DNA of 39,499 nucleotides from an uncultured Thiohalobacter sp. Lineage in GTDB: Bacteria > Pseudomonadota > Gammaproteobacteria > DSM-19610. The stretch is from the NCBI GenBank assembly GCA_964634485.1, contig CAZWJB010000001.1, positions 8,518 through 48,016 on the forward strand, given 5' to 3'. The position numbers and the translations under genes were made by a program. Below the pieces are notes generated by a model. The model was given only the letters and a program-made list of their open reading frames with translations, was not told where the DNA came from and ran no database searches. This document shows positions 31,773 through 39,499 of this stretch, one piece after another. Each line of letters begins with the position of its first letter. The first letter of the stretch is position 1.

Positions 31773-33272
31773 GTGAACGACTCAGACAACACGCAGCCCC
31801 TGGCAGCCATAGACCTGGGCTCAAACAGCTTTCACATGATTGTTGGCCGTCTGCAAAATGGCCAGCTCCAGCTCATTGACCGGCTACGTGAACCGGTACG
31901 ACTTGCGGCCGGACTTGATGACAATCAGCAACTGCACCCCGACGTTGCCGAGCGTGCGCTGGACTGTCTGCGGCGCTTTGGCCAGCGTGTGCGTGACCTG
32001 CAACCCGGCAATATTCGTGCAGTCGGTACCAATACCCTGCGTATCGCCCAGACCGGCAACGGATTTATCGAGCAGGCACAGGAAGCACTCGGGCACAGCA
32101 TCGAAGTAATATCCGGTATCGAGGAAGCGCGCCTGATACACCTGGGTGTTGCGCACAGCCTGGCTGACGCAGGCGGCCAAAGGCTGGTTGTTGATATTGG
32201 CGGCGGCAGTACCGAACTTATTATTGGCGAGGGTTTTCAGCCGCTTTACCTGGAAAGCCTGTATATGGGCTGCGTCAATATGAGCCAGCGCTTCTTCGCT
32301 AACGGCGCAATCAGCAAAAAAGCCATGAAAGACACTATCCTGGCAGCACGCCTGGAACTGCAGGCCAGCAAGGGAACCCTGCGCAGGCTGGGCTGGTCAA
32401 TGGCAACCGGCTCGTCCGGCACCATCCGTAGCGTGCGCGACGTGGTTCGGGAATCCGGCTGGAGTGACAGTGGCATAACCGCCGATTCCCTGAAGCAGTT
32501 ACGCAATACCCTGATCGATATCGGGCAGGCAGAAGAGATTGATTTCCCCGCGGTGAACGAAGACCGCAAACCGGTATTCGCCGCGGGCGTGGCGATACTG
32601 AGCGCAGTGTTCCAGGCGCTGAAAATAGACCGTATGCTGTACTCTTCAGGCGCGCTACGCGAAGGCCTGTTACACGACCTGCTGGGTCGAATCCGGCATC
32701 AGGATATCCGCGAAGCCACTGTCCAGTCGCTCACGCAACGCTACCACGTGGATCTTGATCAGGCGCAACGCGTGGAAAAAACGGCTATTATCCTTGGTAA
32801 CCAGCTTGTCCGGCAATGGCAATTGTGCCGCGAGGATATAGACCAGTGGCTGCACTGGGCCGCCCTGTTGCACGAAATAGGTCGGGTGATTGCACACAAC
32901 CAGTACCACAAACACGGTGCCTACCTGGTTGAATATTCGGATCTGGCCGGATTTTCCCTCCTCGACCAGCGCTTCCTTTCGATACTGGTGCGTTGCCACC
33001 GTCGCAAGTTTCGCAGACTGCTGGTGGAGGCACTGCCCGAAAACCGGCAGCAGCAAGCCATACGCCTGTGTATCCTGCTGAGGTTGTCTGTTCTGTTACA
33101 CCGTAACCGGGTACAGGCTGAGGACCCGGACATCAAGGTATCTGCGACGGACCAATCAATACAACTGAAATTTCCGCAGGGCTGGCTGGAACAACATCCA
33201 CTTACCCTGGCTGACCTGGACCAGGAAAAGAAACACCTGAAACCGGTGTGCATCAAGCTGGAATACAGCTAG
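31773..33272 (+). CDS. ppx: Exopolyphosphatase Ppx/GppA
   Basis: AAIDLGSNSFHM, VGTNTLR, ISGIEEARL, DIGGGSTE, GALREGL, and a C-terminal HD-like domain (LLHEIG..YHKHGAY). Confidence 0.95.
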   Translation: MNDSDNTQPLAAIDLGSNSFHMIVGRLQNGQLQLIDRLREPVRLAAGLDDNQQLHPDVAERALDCLRRFGQRVRDLQPGNIRAVGTNTLRIAQTGNGFIEQAQEALGHSIEVISGIEEARLIHLGVAHSLADAGGQRLVVDIGGGSTELIIGEGFQPLYLESLYMGCVNMSQRFFANGAISKKAMKDTILAARLELQASKGTLRRLGWSMATGSSGTIRSVRDVVRESGWSDSGITADSLKQLRNTLIDIGQAEEIDFPAVNEDRKPVFAAGVAILSAVFQALKIDRMLYSSGALREGLLHDLLGRIRHQDIREATVQSLTQRYHVDLDQAQRVEKTAIILGNQLVRQWQLCREDIDQWLHWAALLHEIGRVIAHNQYHKHGAYLVEYSDLAGFSLLDQRFLSILVRCHRRKFRRLLVEALPENRQQQAIRLCILLRLSVLLHRNRVQAEDPDIKVSATDQSIQLKFPQGWLEQHPLTLADLDQEKKHLKPVCIKLEYS

Positions 33273-35341
33273 CCGGGCTTTCGATCCATCAAACTCCTCT
33301 GCGCACTGCGCATCCGCTGCTTGCCCGTCGCCAGGCGACGCTTGTATTCGCCGTCTTTATGCAACACCCAGGCCTCGCAGTTATCCGACAGGTACAGTTC
33401 CAGCCCGTCCTTGAGAATACGCTGTTTGAGCTTTTTGTCTTCAACAGGGAAAGCAATTTCAACACGCTGAAAGAAATTCCGCCCCATCCAGTCAGCACTG
33501 GACAGGTACAGCTCACTTTCACCCTCGTTGTGAAAATAAAAAATGCGCGTGTGCTCCAGAAAACGGCCCACAACAGAGCGTACATGAATATTATCGGACA
33601 CTCCCGGCACACCCGGACGCAGACAGCACACCCCACGGATAATGCAATCGATCTTCACACCGGCCTGGGACGCTTTATACAGTGCCTTTATAGTCTCGGG
33701 CTCGATCAGAGCGTTACATTTAACAATAATGCGGGCAAGCTTGCCGGCACGCGCATGGTCAGCCTCGCACTCGATTTTCCCGATGATTTTTTTGTGCAGG
33801 GTAAAGGGCGACTGCAGCATTTTGGACAGTGTCTTGACCTTGCCCAGGCTGGTCAGCAACTGGAATACCCGGCTCGCATCGCGGCCCAGCGCCGGATTGC
33901 AAGTCAGCAGACCGTAATCCGTATACAGGCGTGCTGTCCTTGCATGATAGTTCCCGGTACCCAGATGCACATAGTGTCTTAGTTTCCTGGACTCCCTGCG
34001 TGTCACCAGCAACATCTTGGCGTGGGTTTTGTAGCCCACCACACCGTATACAACATGTGCCCCGGCCTCCTGCAGGCGGTTCGCCAGCTGGATGTTGGCT
34101 TCTTCGTCAAAACGCGCCCGCAATTCGATCACCACGGTGACTTCCTTACCGGCACGTGCCGCCTCTACCAGTGAATTGACTATCGCTGAATCCGGTCCGG
34201 TGCGGTACAGAGTCTGCTTGATCGCCAGCACCCTGGGATCGGATGCTGCCTGTTTCAACAGGTCGATAACCGGAAGAAACGAGTCGAACGGGTGGTGCAG
34301 AAGAATGTCGCCCGCCTGTATGGATTCAAATATATTCTGGTCAATCGCCAGCCCTTTTGGTCGCTGCGGTGAAAACGGCGGGTACTTCAGATCGGGCCGA
34401 TCGACCAGATCGTAAATTGCCAGCAGTCGGTTCAGGTTGACGGGACCATTGTCCCGGTACAGGTCATCCTTGTTGAGATGAAAGATATTCAGCAGAAAGT
34501 CCTCCATCTCCACTGAACAGTTATCCGCCGCCTCGAGACGAACCCCATCACCATAGCGCCGCGACAATAGTTCACCTTCCACCGCATGCAGCAGGTCGTC
34601 GATCTCTTCCTCATCGACAAACAGATCACTGTTGCGGGTCACCCGGAACTGGTAGCAACCTGTCACCTTCATACCGGAGAACAGATCCCCCACGTGTGCA
34701 TGAATAATGGAGGACAGAAACACAAAATCGTAGGGGCCGTCGCTGCATTCCTCCGGCAGTCGTATCAGGCGGGGTAGCGCCCGCGGCGCCTGTACGATGG
34801 CAACACCGCTGGAGCGGCCAAACGCATCCTTGCCTTCCAGTGAAATGATGAAGTTCAGACTTTTATTCAGGATGCGCGGAAATGGATGGGCCGGATCCAG
34901 TCCCAGCGGGCTGAGTATCGGCAACAGTTCATGGTTGAAGTAATCAGCTACCCACGCCTCCTGCTGCTCATTCCACTGGCCGCGTTTCAGGAAGCGGATA
35001 TTTTCCTTTTCCAGTGCAGGTATCAGCTCTTCATTCAGCACATGGTATTGCTCATCGACCAGGCGGTGCACCTCGGCTCTGATGTGGCTCATGACCTCGG
35101 CAGGTGAAAAATTGTCCGGACCGGCCTGTACGGAACCGGAGGCAATCCTCTGCTTCAGGCCCGCCACACGGATTTCGAAAAATTCGTCGAGATTGGTGCT
35201 GGCAATACACAGAAACTTGAGCCGCTCCAGCAAAGGCACGCTTGACTCCCGGGCCTGTTCCAGTACGCGCCTGTTGAACTGCAGCAAGCTCAGTTCGCGG
35301 TTAATATACAGTTCTGGCCGGGAAAGATTAATACTGTCCAT
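33269..35341 (-). CDS. ppk1: Polyphosphate kinase 1
   Basis: YINRELSLLQFN, NLDEFFEIRVAG, HPFP, LLHHPF, IKQTLYRT, ELRARFDEE, KTHAK, GTGNY, RFLEH, SSADWM.RN. Confidence 0.97.
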   Translation of the reverse strand: MDSINLSRPELYINRELSLLQFNRRVLEQARESSVPLLERLKFLCIASTNLDEFFEIRVAGLKQRIASGSVQAGPDNFSPAEVMSHIRAEVHRLVDEQYHVLNEELIPALEKENIRFLKRGQWNEQQEAWVADYFNHELLPILSPLGLDPAHPFPRILNKSLNFIISLEGKDAFGRSSGVAIVQAPRALPRLIRLPEECSDGPYDFVFLSSIIHAHVGDLFSGMKVTGCYQFRVTRNSDLFVDEEEIDDLLHAVEGELLSRRYGDGVRLEAADNCSVEMEDFLLNIFHLNKDDLYRDNGPVNLNRLLAIYDLVDRPDLKYPPFSPQRPKGLAIDQNIFESIQAGDILLHHPFDSFLPVIDLLKQAASDPRVLAIKQTLYRTGPDSAIVNSLVEAARAGKEVTVVIELRARFDEEANIQLANRLQEAGAHVVYGVVGYKTHAKMLLVTRRESRKLRHYVHLGTGNYHARTARLYTDYGLLTCNPALGRDASRVFQLLTSLGKVKTLSKMLQSPFTLHKKIIGKIECEADHARAGKLARIIVKCNALIEPETIKALYKASQAGVKIDCIIRGVCCLRPGVPGVSDNIHVRSVVGRFLEHTRIFYFHNEGESELYLSSADWMGRNFFQRVEIAFPVEDKKLKQRILKDGLELYLSDNCEAWVLHKDGEYKRRLATGKQRMRSAQRSLMDRKPG

Positions 35342-35395
35342 AAGCGGGTATTGTAGCGGACATAAACCGGAAAACGTGATGGCTATTATCGAACA

Positions 35396-37351
35396 TCATT
35401 GCCGTTCCAGCAAAAGACACCCGCTGTCATGCCGAACCACCGTCCATCCGGGTGCGACCCAGGAGCTTGCCACATCATCAATAATCAATAATGGGCCGCT
35501 ATACCACTGATTGCTTCCAAGGTCTTCGCGTTTCCAGACCGGAACAGGCTGTTTGACATCCACCAGTGCTGCATACTCAAGGGGCTGCCCACGCGAGCTG
35601 CTGCTCTGCTCATACACAGACAGATCGCTGCCACCGGCAGACAGGCCCACACGCAGATTCACCAGTTCCACTTCCGTATCCAGCCTGTGGCCGAAACGCT
35701 GCCGGTGAGCGGCGTGGAAATCGATTTCGGCCTGCGCAATGTCACCAAATGGCACATTCAGGGTAAAACTCTGGCCGCGATAACGCAGATCCAGGCTGCA
35801 TTCCGATCTGGTGTCGGTACGCGTTATACCCTCGGCCTGGAGTTCCGACTGTCCCTGTTCCTCCAGACTCTGGAAACGTTCCCTGAGCTGCGCATCGCGC
35901 TGTTCGGCCAGCGGGCGATTCAGGGTATGGGACAGTTGCCGCCCCCTGGGCGCGGCCAGCATACCCAGTGCCGACAACACCCCGGCGTGGACGGGAACCA
36001 GCGCGTGCCGCATGTTGAGTGCCTCGGCAAGCGCACAGACGTGCAAGCCACCGGCGCCACCAAACGCCGTGAGCGTATAGGCAGACGGGTCGATGCCACG
36101 CTGGATAGAGATGACCCGCAGTGCCTGCGCCATATGCTCGTTAGCCAGGTCGATAATCCCTTGCGCAGCCCGCTGAGAGGATAACCCTGTCCGCCCGGCA
36201 AGCGGCTCCAGCACAGCGTGTGCCGCCATTGAGTCCAGCACCATGGCGCCGCCCAGAAAAGCGGACGGCCTCAGGCGCCCCAGCACCAGGTTGGCATCGG
36301 TAACGGTCGGCAGGCGCCCGCCCCGCCCGTAACAGGCAGGTCCGGGATCAGCTCCGGCCGACTCCGGGCCCACCACCAGCATACCGCCTTCATCCACCCG
36401 GGCGATGGAACCACCGCCGGCGCCGATGGTATGCATGTCCACCATCGGCACTGCCACCGGATAAGGCCCGATACGCCCTTCCGAAGTCAGGCTCACCTGA
36501 CCGTCCAGCAAGGCCACGTCGGTGGAAGTACCGCCCATATCGAAGGTCAGCAGTTGCCGGCAGCCCACCGTCTCACCGATACGCAGCGCGCCCATCAAGC
36601 CGCCTGCGGGGCCGGATAACAGCAGGTTGACGGCGCGTCTGGCCGCCTGGTCTGCGGCGATGGTCAGCGCCGAACTCTGCATAACGTGTACCGGCGCCGG
36701 TTGCACGGCCTGCTGCAAACGCCGTACATAGCCTTCGACCCTCGGCCCGACCCAGGCATTCAGCCAGGTGGCAATTCCGCGTTCGTATTCGCCCTGCTCG
36801 GGTAAAACATCCGACGATCGGGAGACAAACAGCGTATCCGGCAGATGTGCCTCGATCTGCCGTTCGAAACGGTCGTCCAGGTAGGAAAACAGCAGGTTGA
36901 TAGCCACCGCCTGCGGCGCCAGCGTTTGCACGCGCGCCACAAGCTCTTCGATTTCCTGCTCGCTGAGCGCTTCAACAACCGAGCCATCTGCACCCAGACG
37001 GCCACCGGTTTCAATACACAACCGGGACGGCACCGGTGGCGGTAACGACCGGGGTTGCAGGTTATACAGTTCGCGGCGGGCCTGTCGGCCGATGGTCAGC
37101 ACATCTCCCAGGCCATAGTTGGTGATATAGGCCGTGCGCACACCCTTGCCTTCGAGTACCGCGTTGGTGGCAACTGTCGAACCGTGCACCAGGTGATAGG
37201 CTGCTCCGCACAGGCCGAGCTCCCGAATCCCCTGCAGGATAGCCTGTTCGGGCGCATGCGGCGTGGACAGCACCTTGTGGATCTTCAGCCGCTCACCGTC
37301 AAACCAGACAAAGTCAGTGAAGGTGCCGCCGGTATCAACTCCGAGCAGCAT
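35396..37351 (-). CDS. Hydantoinase A / 5-oxoprolinase ATP-hydrolysing subunit family protein
   Basis: GVDTGGTFTD, HGSTVATNA, LSGPAGG, DMGGTSTDV, IGAGGGS, GPESAGADPGPACY, FGGAGGLH. Confidence 0.9.
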   Translation of the reverse strand: MLLGVDTGGTFTDFVWFDGERLKIHKVLSTPHAPEQAILQGIRELGLCGAAYHLVHGSTVATNAVLEGKGVRTAYITNYGLGDVLTIGRQARRELYNLQPRSLPPPVPSRLCIETGGRLGADGSVVEALSEQEIEELVARVQTLAPQAVAINLLFSYLDDRFERQIEAHLPDTLFVSRSSDVLPEQGEYERGIATWLNAWVGPRVEGYVRRLQQAVQPAPVHVMQSSALTIAADQAARRAVNLLLSGPAGGLMGALRIGETVGCRQLLTFDMGGTSTDVALLDGQVSLTSEGRIGPYPVAVPMVDMHTIGAGGGSIARVDEGGMLVVGPESAGADPGPACYGRGGRLPTVTDANLVLGRLRPSAFLGGAMVLDSMAAHAVLEPLAGRTGLSSQRAAQGIIDLANEHMAQALRVISIQRGIDPSAYTLTAFGGAGGLHVCALAEALNMRHALVPVHAGVLSALGMLAAPRGRQLSHTLNRPLAEQRDAQLRERFQSLEEQGQSELQAEGITRTDTRSECSLDLRYRGQSFTLNVPFGDIAQAEIDFHAAHRQRFGHRLDTEVELVNLRVGLSAGGSDLSVYEQSSSSRGQPLEYAALVDVKQPVPVWKREDLGSNQWYSGPLLIIDDVASSWVAPGWTVVRHDSGCLLLERQ

Positions 37352-37362
37352 GGAATAGCAAT

Positions 37363-38427
37363 CTATTCTTCCACAATGCAGTTACGACCCGCTTTCTTGG
37401 CGGCATACATGGCCTGGTCAGCTCGTTTAAGCAATAACTGACTGTCATCGCCCTCCACACACATGGCAAGACCCTGGCTGATGGTGATGTCGATCTGCTG
37501 GCTGGCAGCGCGCACAGGTTGCGAACCGATATGCTGGCGAACACGTTCGGCAATCTGGTGCGCGGTATGCAGCGAGGTATTTTCCAGCAAAATGACAAAT
37601 TCCTCGCCGCCATAACGACCCACCAGATCAAACTCGCGCAATGCCGCCTTGATGCGGGCCGCCACTTCCGCGAGCACCCTGTCACCGACCAGGTGCCCCT
37701 GTGTATCGTTCACTACCTTGAAATGATCCAGGTCCGCCATAATTACCGCCAGCGGCTGGCCCGTCTTGCCAAAACGGGCAATGGCATCCTGTAATTCGCG
37801 CAACAGACTGGTACGGCTGGACACGCCAGTAAGCGCATCCTGCTCAAGCTGGGTGCGCAGCATATTCTGCTCCAGCTTCAGGTGTTTTACGGAGCGGTCC
37901 AGATCCTGTATCCGGGAGCGGTGATAAACTTCGGTGGCCAGCGCTATATCAAGAGTGGTCAGTTTCAGAACCAGGCGGGTCATAGTCTCCCGCTGCGTTC
38001 TGTCCTCGACCTGATCCAGCACGGACTCCAGGATCAGGCACTGCAACAGACCGAAAGACTCAAGATACAGGCTCAGCGGCACACCTACACGCGCGTGCGC
38101 CACACCCACCCGGGCACGACTCTCAAAATACCGGGCGTCCCTGAAGTGGATGCCAAACTCGCTTAAATACTCGACCTGTCTGATCTTCAGATGCCCGAGA
38201 TCAAAACTGGACAAAAGATCAGCTGCCTGCTTGTTGAGAAGTAACTGCTCATAGAAGCGGTCGACAATCTGCTCTGCAGCCACGCGTGAAAGCAATTTAT
38301 CGTGCAACAGGCGCACGTCATCGCGCGAGTGGTTCTCCAGGCCGATCAGGGTCAGCTGGGCCTCCCGCCATTCGGCGTCGAATCCAAATTGGTCACACAA
38401 GGGCGTAGCAGGCTTTCCGGCTGCCAT
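37363..38427 (-). CDS. Globin-coupled diguanylate cyclase (protoglobin + GGDEF; DosC-like)
   Basis: Sensor globin (IVDRFYE, RARVGVAHARVG with the proximal His), DALTG, DLDHFK.VND..GH..GD, and REFDLVGRYGGEEF (RxxD I-site and intact active site). Confidence 0.88.
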   Translation of the reverse strand: MAAGKPATPLCDQFGFDAEWREAQLTLIGLENHSRDDVRLLHDKLLSRVAAEQIVDRFYEQLLLNKQAADLLSSFDLGHLKIRQVEYLSEFGIHFRDARYFESRARVGVAHARVGVPLSLYLESFGLLQCLILESVLDQVEDRTQRETMTRLVLKLTTLDIALATEVYHRSRIQDLDRSVKHLKLEQNMLRTQLEQDALTGVSSRTSLLRELQDAIARFGKTGQPLAVIMADLDHFKVVNDTQGHLVGDRVLAEVAARIKAALREFDLVGRYGGEEFVILLENTSLHTAHQIAERVRQHIGSQPVRAASQQIDITISQGLAMCVEGDDSQLLLKRADQAMYAAKKAGRNCIVEE

Positions 38428-38506
38428 AGGGGCTATTCCAAATCCGCGATGCTTTCAGTTATGCTTGTACAACATTAAGGCATTAAGGCATTTAACCATA
38501 AAGTAT

Positions 38507-39457
38507 ATGGATACCAAAATCCTGATCAGCGTCGAACAGCTCTGCCGTCACTATGGTCACACCCTGGCTGTCGATTCCATCAGCTTTGAGCTGGCGCAGG
38601 GCGAAGTGCTGGGTTTCCTGGGACCTAACGGCGCCGGCAAGTCTACCACCATGCAGATGATCACCGGCAACCTGGCGCCCAGCTCCGGCCGGGTGCGGAT
38701 CAATGGCATCGACCTGCTCGACGAACCCAGGCGCGCCAAGGCTGAAATCGGCTATTTACCCGAACAACCACCGGTTTATCAGGATCTCACCGTAGATGAG
38801 TACCTTGATTACTGCGCCAGACTGCACCGCGTAAGCAAGGGCCGGCGCAGTCAGACGCTGAGCAACGCCAAGGACCGCTGCGGCCTGGGGGATGTGGGCC
38901 GGCGCCTGATCGGCAACCTGTCCAAAGGCTTTCAGCAGAGGGTGGGCATTGCGCAGGCCATTTTACACAGCCCTCCGCTGGTCATCCTGGATGAACCCAC
39001 CGTGGGTCTGGACCCCAACCAGATACGCGAAATTCGCACCCTGATTCGTGAGCTGGGCGAAAACCACGGCATTATCCTTTCGACCCATATCCTGCCGGAA
39101 GTTCAGGCCACCTGCTCCCGCGTCCAGATTATCCACCGCGGCAAGCTGGTGTTTGCTGAAACCATGCAGCAACTGGAGCAACGCCTGAGCAGCCACGCGC
39201 TGCTGCTGGAAACTCGTGAAGCGCTGATATCCTCCGAACTGGAGCAGCTGGCAGGCGTAACGCGCGTGGAATCGCTGGGCAGTAAGCGGGCGCGCCTGCT
39301 GTTCAGGGAAAACAACCCGGCCGATGCAGTCGCGGCCTGCGTCGTCAGCCAGGGCTGGGGGCTGGTCGAACTGTCTCTCGACCGGCAGACCCTGGAACAG
39401 GTATTCGTCGATCTGACCTGCAGTGATGCACCGGCATCCAGTGGAGTCGCCGCCTGA
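38507..39457 (+). CDS. ABC transporter ATP-binding protein (GldA-like)
   Basis: GPNGAGKST, LSKGFQQRVG, ILDEPTVGLDP, LSTH. Likely start ATG 38507. Confidence 0.9.
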   Translation: MDTKILISVEQLCRHYGHTLAVDSISFELAQGEVLGFLGPNGAGKSTTMQMITGNLAPSSGRVRINGIDLLDEPRRAKAEIGYLPEQPPVYQDLTVDEYLDYCARLHRVSKGRRSQTLSNAKDRCGLGDVGRRLIGNLSKGFQQRVGIAQAILHSPPLVILDEPTVGLDPNQIREIRTLIRELGENHGIILSTHILPEVQATCSRVQIIHRGKLVFAETMQQLEQRLSSHALLLETREALISSELEQLAGVTRVESLGSKRARLLFRENNPADAVAACVVSQGWGLVELSLDRQTLEQVFVDLTCSDAPASSGVAA

Positions 39458-39499
39458 TGATTCTGACTATCGCTCTGCGCGAACTGAAAAACCTGTTCC
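39457..39499 (+). CDS. ABC-2 permease (GldF-like), 5' fragment only
   Basis: TGATG coupling; MILTIALRELKNLF is a typical ABC-2 permease start. Truncated by the window end. Confidence 0.65.
   Translation, partial: MILTIALRELKNLF

Noticed and set aside
31345-31879. ORFs 31345..31824 (-) and 31580..31879 (+) spanning the EAL-HDOD/ppx gap, or a type I toxin there
   Set aside because: They overlap real genes, lack an RBS or family motifs and cross a strong terminator; no hydrophobic small ORF follows the sequestered SD.

Overview
Core-genome chromosomal segment of a Gammaproteobacterium, moderately GC-rich, with Pseudomonas/Chromatiales-like synteny (taxonomy is my inference). In order it contains: the Pil-Chp type IV pilus chemosensory genes (pilK-J-I-H-G, minus strand); gshB-apbE-tonB-yqgE-yqgF-pyrR-pyrB-pyrC'-pyrK; pilU-pilT; proC-yggT; a dynamin-like GTPase; DUF4426; a DsbD_2/TauE-type membrane protein; an AmpG-like MFS transporter; xth (Crc locus) and pyrE; TauE; DUF4124; argB-algC-dut-coaBC; radC-rpmB-rpmG; an EAL+HDOD protein; ppx and ppk1; a hydantoinase-A/oxoprolinase; a globin-coupled diguanylate cyclase; and the start of a GldA/GldF-like ABC transporter. 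I found no mobile element, CRISPR array, tRNA or rRNA. The most notable signals lie outside the ORF track. (1) A ~125-nt structured transcript between the EAL-HDOD gene and ppx has a perfect FNR/ANR box at class II spacing, a -10 element, hairpins, a CU-rich tract and its own terminator; it is a candidate anaerobically induced sRNA or attenuator. (2) pilK appears to carry a large out-of-frame internal deletion. (3) A perfect CRP/Vfr box and a sigma-28-like promoter precede a solitary dynamin-like gene. (4) AlgC carries a sensor-like membrane domain. (5) A catalytically intact exonuclease III sits at the crc position.
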